51,479 nucleotides of DNA. Origin: Candidatus Omnitrophota bacterium (lineage in GTDB: Bacteria; Omnitrophota; Gorgyraeia; Gorgyraeales; Gorgyraeaceae). The DNA is taken from positions 1 through 51,479 of the forward strand of contig JAHJGB010000062.1 of assembly GCA_018824725.1 (NCBI GenBank), written 5' to 3'. The notes below the pieces were generated by a model. That model was not told where the DNA came from, made no database searches, and saw only the letters and a list, made by a program, of their open reading frames with translations. This document shows, piece after piece, positions 34,354 through 44,052 of this stretch (position 1 is its first letter; the number at the start of each line of letters is the position of its first letter). The position numbers were made by a program, and so were the translations under genes.

Positions 34354-34463
34354 AAGTAAAAAGTCAAAAGTAAAAAGGCAAAATTATTTAGTCTTAGGTT
34401 TACAGCTTATAGGTTTTTTGAATTTTTAATTGTAGTTTTGACTTTTTCGTTTTTACTTTTGAG
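34354..34463. repeat. Family B A-tract/T-tract inverted repeat (opposite orientation)
   Basis: GTAAAAAGTCAAAAGTAAAAAGGCAAAA ... TTGAATTTTTAATTGTAGTTTTGACTTTTTCGTTTTTACTTTTGAG. Confidence 0.85.
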
Positions 34464-34472
34464 TTTAGTATT

Positions 34473-34991
34473 CTACCAATTCTCCACAATTTTGTTGATG
34501 ATCCGCCTTGCAAGATCAGACATCGCGTCGCTCAAAGCAGATGCCTCTGTTTTCTGAAGAGCGCCTGTTGTAAAATATGTGGCATCGCCTGTTATATTTT
34601 CTTCTTCAAATAAAATAGACGTGTCTTTTTGATTTACAAATTTGACATCGCATACAAGGCTGATCCTGTATTCCTGCACAACCTCATTCTGATACCTCAG
34701 CGGATCTTTTCTGTATTGCAGGATCTGGCCTTCCAGCACAGCGTCCGCGGAATCTTTATCAGCCACTTTGAAATTACCGTCGAGAAAAACCCTATTCACG
34801 ATCACGTCCCTCAGGTCCACTTCCAGGTTCGGCCTGTAGACCTCGTATTTATCCTTTGCGCTGACCTCTTTAGTTATATCAATATTATTTTTGAATGTGT
34901 CCACATGCACTGTCTTCACATTATCAGGAAGTATCGTCTTCGTAGCATAACCGCAGCCTGCGAAAGTACATAAGAATCCGACAATAGTCAT
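34473..34991 (-). CDS. lptE: LptE-like outer-membrane lipoprotein
   Basis: Start taken at MTIVGFLCTFAGCGY (lipobox FAGC). About 170 aa. Sits immediately upstream of holA as in E. coli. The longer ORF reads through a palindromic repeat. Confidence 0.65.
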   Translation of the reverse strand: MTIVGFLCTFAGCGYATKTILPDNVKTVHVDTFKNNIDITKEVSAKDKYEVYRPNLEVDLRDVIVNRVFLDGNFKVADKDSADAVLEGQILQYRKDPLRYQNEVVQEYRISLVCDVKFVNQKDTSILFEEENITGDATYFTTGALQKTEASALSDAMSDLARRIINKIVENW

Positions 34992-35102
34992 TGCGAGGAA
35001 GGGGCGAAGCGACTGACGAAGCAATCTGATGAGATTACTTCGGCCTACGGCCTCGCAACGACTTCGTCGGATTGCTTCGCTCATTTCATTCGCTCGCAAT
35101 GA
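34988..35102. repeat. Family H nested palindromic repeat (CATTGCGAG...CTCGCAATG ends)
   Basis: Terminal inverted repeat TCATTGCGAG / CTCGCAATGA. Inner pair CGAAGCAATC / GATTGCTTCG. Only one copy in this window. Confidence 0.75.
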
Positions 35103-35112
35103 CATTGAGATG

Positions 35113-36054
35113 TCACTTTTTTTCCAGCTCATTTAATCTCTCCCGTGCTTTTTTTGCCCATTCTGTATCAGGGTAATTTTGGACGATATCTTTATAATAT
35201 ATTACGGCGCTTTCAGGCGCTTTGCGCGCTTCATAAAACTTAGCCGTCTCATAAGCATTTTCAGCTTCCCGCGACTTTAACTTATCCACAACCTGCTTGG
35301 CATCGGGCGCCATTTCGCTATCAGGATGCTTCTTTAAAAAATCCTCGAATTCCCTGCGCGCAAGGTTTGTGGGGGTCTGGTCATACTCCGGCTTTACAGA
35401 CAAAAGCTTGGAACACTCTGCCAGCTGGAATCTTGCCTTGTCAATCACAGAGCTGTTCGGATACCTGTCTATCAAGTCTTTAAACATAAGTATCGCGCTG
35501 TCATAATCCCGTATATCCTTATACGCCAACCCTGCCTTAAGCTTGGCAAGATCCGCATATTTGCCGTATGGCGCATTGTCAGCCACTGCCTTGAATATCT
35601 CTATAGCTTTATCTTTGGCAGGCACCTGCCATTTGCCTATAATCTTTATTTTCTTTCCTGAGAAAAATGCCTCGGCTATCTTGTATTCCCTCTCTATGAC
35701 ATCGTCTACCAATTCAGTGTAAGGATAGGTATCTATAACCTTCTGGTATGCCTTGTATGCCTCGTAAAGATTATCCATGTCTTCCATTATGCGGCCCACG
35801 TAATACTGCGCAGTAGGCGCTTCTTTGGAAAGAGGATAATATTTCAATAATTTCTTAAGCTCTTTGAGGGCGCTTTTGTTATTCTTTGCATCGTAAGCCT
35901 TTTTAGCGTATGCCATCTGGTCCTCAGGGGTATCCTTGGCAGCATATTTAGGGTTCTCCCACTTGCCACTCTCAGGCGTCCAGATCCAATACCCAAACGC
36001 AGGCCTTGCCATTACGCATAATACAAATATAACAACTATGGTTACTCTTTTCAT
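35113..36054 (-). CDS. bamD: TPR-repeat outer-membrane assembly protein (BamD/YfiO-like)
   Basis: 313 aa. Signal peptide and repeated TPR-like AxxYY.G / A...F..L...YP motifs typical of BamD. No canonical lipobox seen. Confidence 0.6.
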   Translation of the reverse strand: MKRVTIVVIFVLCVMARPAFGYWIWTPESGKWENPKYAAKDTPEDQMAYAKKAYDAKNNKSALKELKKLLKYYPLSKEAPTAQYYVGRIMEDMDNLYEAYKAYQKVIDTYPYTELVDDVIEREYKIAEAFFSGKKIKIIGKWQVPAKDKAIEIFKAVADNAPYGKYADLAKLKAGLAYKDIRDYDSAILMFKDLIDRYPNSSVIDKARFQLAECSKLLSVKPEYDQTPTNLARREFEDFLKKHPDSEMAPDAKQVVDKLKSREAENAYETAKFYEARKAPESAVIYYKDIVQNYPDTEWAKKARERLNELEKK

Positions 36055-36064
36055 ATGCCTTTAG

Positions 36065-36094
36065 ATTATACCATTATATATATGGAAAAATCAA
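36065..36094 (-). promoter_or_regulatory. Candidate sigma70-like promoter giving a near-leaderless bamD-like transcript
   Basis: On the minus strand: TTGATT (36094..36089), 18 nt spacer, TATAAT (36070..36065). The ATG at 36054 is only 10 nt past the -10 box. Confidence 0.4.
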
Positions 36095-36108
36095 TAAATT
36101 TAAAAAGG

Positions 36109-36168
36109 ATGATGGAAGCCCGGGGCGATGGAAGCCCGACTCCCTATGGGAGTCGGGCTTCCATCATA
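36109..36168. repeat. Family A REP-like hairpin with a partial direct duplication of the left arm
   Basis: TGATGGAAGCCC, then GATGGAAGCCCGACTCCC-TAT-GGGAGTCGGGCTTCCATC. Confidence 0.9.
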
Positions 36169-36175
36169 ACAAAAA

Positions 36176-37447
36176 TTATAAAGATGGGTTATAATAGCCC
36201 ATCTTGAGGCTGGGGAAAGATTTTTTCAGGGAAGTTATCAATTGCCTGACGCCTACCATTGCAGAAAGCTGGCCAGAGTATTTTATAATCTTGAAATAAT
36301 GAAGCGGGTCAAAGTTCAGGTTGCGCCATTGGATCATGTCTATTTTATAAGTTTCTATAAATTTCTTGAGCGCTGCGAATTCATCCTTGGAATCTGTAAA
36401 TCCAGGCATGGTCAGATAATTAATCGATACAAAGCCTTTTTTCTGCTTGGCTGTTTTTATAGACTTTAAAACATCCTGAAAATTATACCCGGCCGGCTTG
36501 TAATACCTCTCGTAATATTCTTTTCTGACGCTATTCATGCTTACCCTTATGCTATCCAAGCCTGTATCAAACAACCTGGCTAATGCCTCAGGCCTGGAGG
36601 CATTAGTATTCATATTTATAGTTCCCTTATGGGTTTTGGTCCTGATTAACCTTATGGATTCTTCAATTAATTCCGCCTCCAGCAAAGGTTCGCCTTCGCA
36701 GCCCTGGCCAAAACTAAGTAGTAGGCGGTCGCGACCGCCTACTACTGTATTTTTAACATTACAGATATGAAATAAGGCTAGTTCAGCCACTTCTTCAGGA
36801 GAAGGCGTAAATTTTATCCTGGGCTGGGTCTCTAGCGAAATACACCCTGCGCAGTTGGCATTGCAGGAAGGAGATACGGGTAAAGGGCATTCTTCTCTGG
36901 ATAAGAAAAAATTCTGCGCACCGGGACAGCCATGGATCATAGCGCAGTCTTGCAGATGCCTGATAAGCCTGTTGGCAGGGAATAATTTTTTTATTTTTAT
37001 TGCATTTTTTCTGACGGAATCGATATTTATAAATTTCGGGTCATGCCTGGAGGATTTATCAACTCTTATTGCCGTAACATAGATATCGCCTTTATAAAAA
37101 CCAGCTAGAGTATAGCAGTAAAGCGGCAGGGCCTTTCCACCTACGCAGCGGGATTTATCCCACCGCGTAGGTGGAAAATGGTAGGCAGCACTGTAAGTGC
37201 CTGTAAAAGCAGGCGCCACAAACGCAGCAACAGCAAAATAATTTTCCAATGCCTTGAATTTTCCGCCGACCCTGTCATATCCCACAGGCATTCTTCCGGG
37301 CAGCATAAAAAGCCTGCTCGCTTCGGGTATCTTAATGAATTCCCTCTTCCCAGGCCTGAAAAAACAACCTGCCTTCATGCCTGCGGCTTCCAGTTCAGGA
37401 ATGTCAAATATTTTGCCTGATTTATCTGATACGAGTAGGTGAAACAC
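36176..37447 (-). CDS. Radical SAM enzyme of unknown function
   Basis: 423 aa with a GTG start. CNANCAGC (CxxxCxxC) cluster and a downstream GCEGEPLL glycine-rich motif. The ~190-aa N-terminal domain is uncharacterised. Confidence 0.8.
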   Translation of the reverse strand: MFHLLVSDKSGKIFDIPELEAAGMKAGCFFRPGKREFIKIPEASRLFMLPGRMPVGYDRVGGKFKALENYFAVAAFVAPAFTGTYSAAYHFPPTRWDKSRCVGGKALPLYCYTLAGFYKGDIYVTAIRVDKSSRHDPKFINIDSVRKNAIKIKKLFPANRLIRHLQDCAMIHGCPGAQNFFLSREECPLPVSPSCNANCAGCISLETQPRIKFTPSPEEVAELALFHICNVKNTVVGGRDRLLLSFGQGCEGEPLLEAELIEESIRLIRTKTHKGTINMNTNASRPEALARLFDTGLDSIRVSMNSVRKEYYERYYKPAGYNFQDVLKSIKTAKQKKGFVSINYLTMPGFTDSKDEFAALKKFIETYKIDMIQWRNLNFDPLHYFKIIKYSGQLSAMVGVRQLITSLKKSFPSLKMGYYNPSL

Positions 37448-37448
37448 G

Positions 37449-37697
37449 CTATTTCAAGACGAGGTCTTTGCCCAATTCTTTGACTGTATAGGTGCGGGTT
37501 AGCTTGCCTTGTGTATTATATTTATATACCCTGGCTTCGTCCCTGTCAAAAAAATACAAATTAGTGCTATCTCCGGAAAAATAAATGTTTTGCGGTATAT
37601 TTATCTGGCACGCGCCTTTTTTCAATCCTATTGAAAAAATTATCCAGGCACACAGAAATCCTATAAAAAATACAAATACCCTCTTTAGAATAACCAT
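37449..37697 (-). CDS. Small membrane-anchored hypothetical protein
   Basis: 82 aa. One N-terminal TM helix (VFVFFIGFLCAWIIFSIGL). Tightly packed between the LacI gene and the radical SAM gene. Confidence 0.5.
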   Translation of the reverse strand: MVILKRVFVFFIGFLCAWIIFSIGLKKGACQINIPQNIYFSGDSTNLYFFDRDEARVYKYNTQGKLTRTYTVKELGKDLVLK

Positions 37698-37709
37698 ATC
37701 CCTCCTTAT

Positions 37710-38711
37710 TTAAGCCAATGCCTGGCAGGAGCTTCTTTCCACCAACTCTGTTGAGAGCACTATTCTTTTATTAGACCTTATTTTCTTCTGAATGATCTGG
37801 TTAAGCGTCTGCGTAGCAACCAAGGCCATCTTGTGCAAAGGCTGCCTTATGGTCGTAAGAGGTATAGGACTGTAATTCAATGCCAGGGGATTATCGTCAA
37901 AGCCTATGATTGATATATCCCCAGGGACACCGACTCCGTTTTCCAGGCATACCTGTATAGCCCCGACAGCCATTTCATCGCTTGCCGCAAATATTGCTGT
38001 AGGCGGGATCTTCATCCTGATCAGGTCTTTTGTCAAGGTCATAGCAGATTTCCTTCCGAAATCCCCGTATTTTATATAATCTTTTTTCTTGTCGATTTTA
38101 TGCTTTTCCAGCGCTGTCAAATAACCGTTTAACCTGTCTATTGCCACTTGCGTTTTCAGCGCGCCTGTAATAGTGGCGATCCTGGAATGCCCTAATTTTA
38201 CAAGATATTCAACCGCATCCAGGCCTGCGTTAAAATTGTCTATTGATATGCATGATACAGGAAGATCTTTGGTGTCATAGTTCATTATAACGCATGGAAG
38301 CCCTGCCTCTACCACCCCATCAACTTGCTCCTCATTGCCTATAATATCAGAAAATATCACTCCCTGTACGCTGGAGATATTTAAAAATGAGTCTCCATTG
38401 GTTACGTGCAGCAATAAATCCATCTTCATGCGTTCCACCGCAACCCCTACGCCCTGTAATATCTGAAGGGCGTAAAATGAATGGAATATATCTGTGTACC
38501 TGGGAATAACAAGGCCTATTATGTTATTGTTGCGCTTTGAAGCCAGGCGCTGGGCGCTCACATTAGGCCTGAATTTCAATTTCTTGATAGCCAGTTCTAT
38601 CTTATCCCTGTTATATTTTTTTACAGAACTTAATTTATTCACAACTCTTGAAACAGTGGCTATTGAAACGCCGGCCTCCCTAGCCACGTCTTTAATATTT
38701 TTTATGCTCAT
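37710..38711 (-). CDS. LacI-family transcriptional regulator
   Basis: 333 aa. N-terminal HTH IKDVAREAGVSIATVSRVVN and a periplasmic-binding-protein-like core. Its ATG overlaps the secretin stop (ATGA). Confidence 0.9.
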   Translation of the reverse strand: MSIKNIKDVAREAGVSIATVSRVVNKLSSVKKYNRDKIELAIKKLKFRPNVSAQRLASKRNNNIIGLVIPRYTDIFHSFYALQILQGVGVAVERMKMDLLLHVTNGDSFLNISSVQGVIFSDIIGNEEQVDGVVEAGLPCVIMNYDTKDLPVSCISIDNFNAGLDAVEYLVKLGHSRIATITGALKTQVAIDRLNGYLTALEKHKIDKKKDYIKYGDFGRKSAMTLTKDLIRMKIPPTAIFAASDEMAVGAIQVCLENGVGVPGDISIIGFDDNPLALNYSPIPLTTIRQPLHKMALVATQTLNQIIQKKIRSNKRIVLSTELVERSSCQALA

Positions 38712-40225
38712 TTTAATTTCGCTCCTTCCGGGCTTAAAATAGTAGCTGTTACAAATATCAAAAGATTTTTTCTTGTGGTGCTGTCTGAATCTTTTTTAAA
38801 AAGCGCGCCCAATATAGGGATGTCCCCTAAAAACGGCGTCTTTGTCCTGGTACTAGTCTTGGATTCCTTTATGAGCCCTCCCAGGACCACAGTATCCCCG
38901 TTTTGCACAGCTATATTCGTGCTTAGGTTTCTGGTGGTGAATTTCGGGAGCTTTATTTCTCCGCTATATTGAAATGCATCGGCTGTAGCCTCGCTGACCT
39001 CGGGATGAAGCGTCAATGCTATAGTCTCTTTGTCTTTACCTACGCTCGGGGTTACGTGTAATAAAATCCCTATAGGCCTTGTTTCAAAACCCTGGGGCAC
39101 ATTTACGAAACGGGTCTCTTTGATGCCTTTCACTGACGTATCGAGAAAATCCCCGTCTGAGTTCAAATCCTCTTTTACAAGAGTAGGCTCATACCGCGTA
39201 GGATATACAAATTCATCCGCTATCGCTATCGTCGCTGTCTGGTTATTCAATGTGGTTATCTTAGGCGCGGAAAGTGTTTTACTATTTGTCTTTTTATCAA
39301 GGGCATGCAGCACCGCGGAAAACTGTGGTTTTGTCAATATGCCTTGATAAGCAAGATTCAATCCTTCATCAGGCGAACCTGTAAATGTTGAAAATTTTGA
39401 ACCGCTTGATGACCCTATTTGGGTAATCGCGCCGTTCTCGGTCCCGCTGAGTGTTTGTTTAGTTATAGCCCATGGGCTGTCCAGCGACAAGTTCACTCCC
39501 AGCTCGCTCAGATCAGTTACATTCACCTCTACGAACCTCGCTTCCACCAGAACCTGGGTAGCGTCTATATCCAAATTATATAATATATCCTCTATAATTT
39601 TAAGGTTCGAGGGCGTATTAGTAACTATCAAAGCTCCGGTGCGCTCATCCAGGTTGATCTTCGAATCAGAAGGCCACATCACCGCATTTTCAAGCGTATC
39701 TTTTATAGTGGTTATCTTGGATATAGCAGCTCCTCCGCCCTTAGCCCCGCTAGTAGTCCCGCTGAATTCAGTGAACATGGCAAGCCCCTGGTCCAGAAAA
39801 TACATCCTGGTCTCAGACGTTTCATTATCCATGTTATCTATGGTATCCACCCATACGGCATTTTTCTCAATCCTGTATATAAGCCCCTGATTCCTGAAAA
39901 CATATTTCAGAAGGCTCTCCAGAGACATGTCCTTGACCTTTATGGTAACCTTTTTTTCTGAAAGCTTGACTCCGCTGCCCGGGATTATATTAACGTCTGT
40001 GGCCTCTGACAAAAAATCAATGACATAGTCAAGGCCCACGTCCATAAAATCCACTGTTATCGGGGTCTTGAGTTTTTTTCTTATCTCGGGGATCTCTACA
40101 ACCACTGAATTGTTCCCGATAGTATCGTCCCCCTTGACAGACTTCATCTCGTAAGCAAAAGAAACCTCAGGGCTTGAAAATAAAACTATGCATAATAACA
40201 TGCGCATCAAAAAATTCATGGCCAT
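38708..40225 (-). CDS. Secretin (GspD/PilQ family), short paralogue
   Basis: 505 aa. Signal peptide, N0-like domain (ITVDFMDVGLDYVIDFL...) and a C-terminal secretin motif TPFLGDIPILGALFKK. Confidence 0.85.
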   Translation of the reverse strand: MAMNFLMRMLLCIVLFSSPEVSFAYEMKSVKGDDTIGNNSVVVEIPEIRKKLKTPITVDFMDVGLDYVIDFLSEATDVNIIPGSGVKLSEKKVTIKVKDMSLESLLKYVFRNQGLIYRIEKNAVWVDTIDNMDNETSETRMYFLDQGLAMFTEFSGTTSGAKGGGAAISKITTIKDTLENAVMWPSDSKINLDERTGALIVTNTPSNLKIIEDILYNLDIDATQVLVEARFVEVNVTDLSELGVNLSLDSPWAITKQTLSGTENGAITQIGSSSGSKFSTFTGSPDEGLNLAYQGILTKPQFSAVLHALDKKTNSKTLSAPKITTLNNQTATIAIADEFVYPTRYEPTLVKEDLNSDGDFLDTSVKGIKETRFVNVPQGFETRPIGILLHVTPSVGKDKETIALTLHPEVSEATADAFQYSGEIKLPKFTTRNLSTNIAVQNGDTVVLGGLIKESKTSTRTKTPFLGDIPILGALFKKDSDSTTRKNLLIFVTATILSPEGAKLK

Positions 40226-40226
40226 T

Positions 40227-42728
40227 TTATTGTTTTAAAGATTCTTCTTCTAAACCTTCAGCGCTTGCTACCTTATTCTCTTCTTTGCCCATGATACTGG
40301 CTGTAACGAATATTAAAAGATTCCTTCTCTCTTTGAAATCAGTATTCTTTCTGAACAGCCCGCCTATAAAAGGTATATTGCCCAGCACCGGCACTTTTGT
40401 CTTCACGTTTGTATTCGTCTCTTTTATAAGCCCACCCAATACTATTGTTTCCCCGTCTTTAACCATCACGCTGGTGCTGAGGTTTCTGGTGGTAAAATTA
40501 GGAATGCTGACGTTTCCTGAATATGTGAAAGACCCCGCATCTTCGCTGACTTCGGGAGTTAACGCAAGCGTGATGCTCTTTTTATCCACCCCTACGCTCG
40601 GCTTGACATGTAAAAGTATGCCTATGTTTCTGGTCACAAAATCCTGGGGCACATTTATCCACTCTGTTTCTCCTGCGTCATCAAAATCCCCGTCTCCGTT
40701 TATGTCATACTGCACAAGGCTTGCTTCATATCTGGTAGGATAAATATATTCCTCCACGACTTCTATGGTGGCTGTCTGGTTATTAAGAGTGGTTATCCTG
40801 GGAGCGGATAACGTCTTCACATTCTGTTTTTCCTGAAGCGCGTGCATGGCTGCCTGAAACTGCGGATTGCTCAAGATACCCTGATAAGTAAGATTAAACC
40901 CTTCGTCCGAGCGGTTGAAATTAGAAAAATCCACCCCGCTGTCCTGGCTGACTCCGTACACATTGTTGCCAGATCTGTTTTTGTCCATAGCCCACATGCC
41001 GTTCAGTTTCCACTCCACTCCAAAGTCATCCAGATCGCTTACCTTGACTTCCAAAAATCTCGCCTCAATCAAAACCTGCATAGGAGTTATATCAAGGTTA
41101 TATAAAAGATTCTCTATGGTTTCCAGATTTGAGGGCGTGTTGCTTATAATAAGCGCGCCGGTGCGCTCATCCAGAGTCAATTTTGAATCCTTGGGCCATT
41201 CAACCGCATTCTCAAGGATATTTTTTACTGTCTTTACTTCTGAGGCAGAGGTAGCTACAGTGCCGGAGGACTTATCTTCGCCTGATGACGAAGCCTGGGT
41301 TGCAAACTCCGCGAACCTTCCTATGCCCTGGCTTAAAAAATATACCCTTGTATCTATTTTTTCATTAGATATCTCGTCCTTTGTAGCCACCCATACAGCG
41401 TCTTCTTCTATCCTGTAAACCAAGTCCTGGGATTTTAATATATACCTCAGCGCCTCTTCGAGAGGCATATCTTTTATCCTTATGCTTACCTTTTTTTCAG
41501 CCATATCTATCTCTGTAGAAGGAACCATGTTTACGCCTGTGGTGTCTGCTAGAAAACCCAGGACATAATCCAAACCAACGTCTTTAAAATCAACGCTTAT
41601 GGGTATCTTGAGACGCTTTCTTATTTCAGGTACCCTCACTATAGGGGTTATCTTTTTTTCATTTTCAAGCTTGGCTGTTTTTTCTTCAGGCAATATATGT
41701 TTTTTTGCCACATCCAGCATCATCTTTTCTTCAGTAAGCTCCCTGGCTTTTTTCAAAGCAGCCTCTTCCACTTTCAGTTTCTGCATGTCTATATAATGCT
41801 GTATATCCTTGAATTTTTCATTTTCCGGAAATTCCTGCATAGCTTTATCCACCAGGACCTCTGCCTCTTCAAATCTTTTTTCCCTGATATTGCCTATTAT
41901 ACTGTCCATCAAACCTGCCAGCTTGGCAACTCTGTCTCTGGCTTCTTTGACTTTTAACCTCTGTTCAAACATCATTCTGAGCGCCTCTTTCTGTTTTTCT
42001 TTTCTGGCCAGCTCCACTCTATTGAGCTCGGCATCTCTTTCCATTTCCAGCTTGGCGCGCCGTGCCTCTTCCATTTTCACAAGAAGTATCTTTTCTTCTG
42101 TTTTTTTCATTTGTTCCTGCATATCGCGGATATAAGAATCCGCCTGGCCTGCCAGAGAACTGATAGAATCCATCTCCTTTACCTTTTTAAACCCCACTAT
42201 GCTTGAAGGATAATCTTTGGACCTATAATATGCCAAGGCGCTGTCAAATACAGCCTTTATATTCCGCTCTTTTTCGTACAATTCTTTTTTCTTTGAATCC
42301 AGCGCTAACTTTTTCTTTTGCTGCTCTTCCTGGATAATCTTTTCGCTTTCTTTCCTGGCCAGCGCCTCTGCCTCGCCCACCACGTCCTTTTTCATCCTTT
42401 CCCATTTTTTCTCTTCCATGATCATGAGTTCTGCCATGCGGGTTTTGGATTTTTCAATGTATATCTCAGCAAAAGGCGTAAAATACGATTGATTGTCGGC
42501 CTTTTCTACTTCAATCAATTTTTCAAATATTATAACAGCTTCTTTGTATTTACCTGACTCGAACAGGGACATGGCTTCTTCAAAATATTTCCTAAGGTTG
42601 ACCTTTAACGCGACAACAGTCCTTGCGGAATAATTCACTGACGCAAACACCCCGGAAGGCAGGTACTCCAGCATCATAAATGCCGCCATTATTAATGATA
42701 TATAATACAATCCTTTATTTCTTCTCAT
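40227..42728 (-). CDS. Secretin (GspD/PilQ family) with a ~380-aa N-terminal TPR/coiled-coil extension
   Basis: 833 aa. The C-terminal ~450 aa is paralogous to the 505-aa secretin (ISVDFKDVGLDYVLGFL...; VPVLGNIPFIGGLFRK). The N-terminal region is E/K-rich helical. Confidence 0.85.
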   Translation of the reverse strand: MRRNKGLYYISLIMAAFMMLEYLPSGVFASVNYSARTVVALKVNLRKYFEEAMSLFESGKYKEAVIIFEKLIEVEKADNQSYFTPFAEIYIEKSKTRMAELMIMEEKKWERMKKDVVGEAEALARKESEKIIQEEQQKKKLALDSKKKELYEKERNIKAVFDSALAYYRSKDYPSSIVGFKKVKEMDSISSLAGQADSYIRDMQEQMKKTEEKILLVKMEEARRAKLEMERDAELNRVELARKEKQKEALRMMFEQRLKVKEARDRVAKLAGLMDSIIGNIREKRFEEAEVLVDKAMQEFPENEKFKDIQHYIDMQKLKVEEAALKKARELTEEKMMLDVAKKHILPEEKTAKLENEKKITPIVRVPEIRKRLKIPISVDFKDVGLDYVLGFLADTTGVNMVPSTEIDMAEKKVSIRIKDMPLEEALRYILKSQDLVYRIEEDAVWVATKDEISNEKIDTRVYFLSQGIGRFAEFATQASSSGEDKSSGTVATSASEVKTVKNILENAVEWPKDSKLTLDERTGALIISNTPSNLETIENLLYNLDITPMQVLIEARFLEVKVSDLDDFGVEWKLNGMWAMDKNRSGNNVYGVSQDSGVDFSNFNRSDEGFNLTYQGILSNPQFQAAMHALQEKQNVKTLSAPRITTLNNQTATIEVVEEYIYPTRYEASLVQYDINGDGDFDDAGETEWINVPQDFVTRNIGILLHVKPSVGVDKKSITLALTPEVSEDAGSFTYSGNVSIPNFTTRNLSTSVMVKDGETIVLGGLIKETNTNVKTKVPVLGNIPFIGGLFRKNTDFKERRNLLIFVTASIMGKEENKVASAEGLEEESLKQ

Positions 42729-43293
42729 TTAAGCCCTTTGTATCCTCTGCGGTTTTCTCTTTTTCTTCTTTCTTCTCTTCCTTTGCAGTGGAAATAACAA
42801 TTTCTTCTCCACTATTTTTCCTAAGAAGCACTTCTTTGTCGCCTATGCTGACAACAATAAATTCTCCCGCAGAGTCCCCTTCTTTAACAGAAAAACTTTT
42901 TCCTGTGTTCTGATCTTCTATAATAACTATAACCCTGGCTCCCAGCGTCATCCTGCCTTTGTAAACAAATAAAGGTTTCTTCGGTTCTTCTCTTAAAGGT
43001 ATAATATCTCCTTTGGTTTCCTCTTTTACTTCAGAAACAGGCCTGGAAAAAATATCCCTTTCCGCCAGGGCAAGGTAATCATCCATTGTTTCCTGTTTCT
43101 TCAGCCCATCAATATCCCAGCTATCCTTGGCCGCCTTTTTTTTGGCCTTTGCCTTTTCAGTTACGGACTCTATATCCTTTAAAAATTCGCCTGTTGATTT
43201 CTTTTTAGTCTCCTGCGTCTTCATGCCTATTACCAAGGTGCCTATCAATACGGGCAAAAGGGCCAGAAATATAATCTTTTCCTTTATAATCAT
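42715..43293 (-). CDS. PilP-like periplasmic protein
   Basis: 192 aa. N-terminal TM helix, charged linker, C-terminal small beta-domain (YKGRMTLGARVIVIIED...GDSAGEFIVVSIGDKEVLL). Position matches PilP. Confidence 0.5.
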   Translation of the reverse strand: MIIKEKIIFLALLPVLIGTLVIGMKTQETKKKSTGEFLKDIESVTEKAKAKKKAAKDSWDIDGLKKQETMDDYLALAERDIFSRPVSEVKEETKGDIIPLREEPKKPLFVYKGRMTLGARVIVIIEDQNTGKSFSVKEGDSAGEFIVVSIGDKEVLLRKNSGEEIVISTAKEEKKEEKEKTAEDTKGLNEKK

Positions 43294-44051
43294 TTTTCTT
43301 CCCTCGCAACCATAAAACTGCTCAATACCAGGCTTATCTCTGCGTCTCCTGAACCGGGCTCGATGCTCTTAACGTGTAATTCTTTTACGCTGATCACAGG
43401 GCTGGCATTTTTAAGCTCCAGCAAAAGATTCATAAAAGCGGTTGTTGTTGTTTTTATAGAAATCTGCACAGGCAGTTCAGTATAAAAGAGCTTCTTTGAA
43501 ACAGGTTCTATGTATTCAATAGGCCTGAGCGGTTTCAGGGTATAAATATCCGAGCCATTGCTTTTTAAAAGCGCGCCTACGGCAAACTCTATTGTCTCAA
43601 GCTGCCTCAAAAGCACAGGCACCATGTTATCCTTGGGAAGCCCGTCCCCGAAACCGAGGTTCTCCGGAAGCCTTACGTCTTTTGTCCCTGCCTCTATTTC
43701 AAATTTCTTCATCGTAGAATGAAGTTTTTCTATAAAATAAAGGCCCGCCTCTGAGTTCTTTTCAGAAAGCCTCGCCTTGTTCGGATCTGTAAAATCCGCC
43801 AGGCTGGAAAATTTATCTTCCAGTAAATCCCTATCTTTCTCCATCTTTGCAAAACTTTCCTTTGAAGGCACTGTGCCTGTAAGCGTGATAAATCTTTTCA
43901 TTTCGCTTATCTTGCGCTCCAATTCTTCGTCCATGATTGAGCGGCCTTCTTTCAAAAAAGGACTGAGGAAAAATATATAAATGCCTGCCAAAACAGCAAG
44001 TACTATAAGCCCCTGTTTTAAAGTAGTTTTTTCTCTTACAGTTTTTAACAT
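43290..44051 (-). CDS. PilO-like bitopic membrane protein
   Basis: Start taken at MLKTVREK (ATG 44051, SD GGGAG 5 nt upstream). TM helix, coiled coil, ferredoxin-like C-terminal domain. Position matches PilO. Confidence 0.5.
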   Translation of the reverse strand: MLKTVREKTTLKQGLIVLAVLAGIYIFFLSPFLKEGRSIMDEELERKISEMKRFITLTGTVPSKESFAKMEKDRDLLEDKFSSLADFTDPNKARLSEKNSEAGLYFIEKLHSTMKKFEIEAGTKDVRLPENLGFGDGLPKDNMVPVLLRQLETIEFAVGALLKSNGSDIYTLKPLRPIEYIEPVSKKLFYTELPVQISIKTTTTAFMNLLLELKNASPVISVKELHVKSIEPGSGDAEISLVLSSFMVAREEK

Positions 44052-44052
44052 A

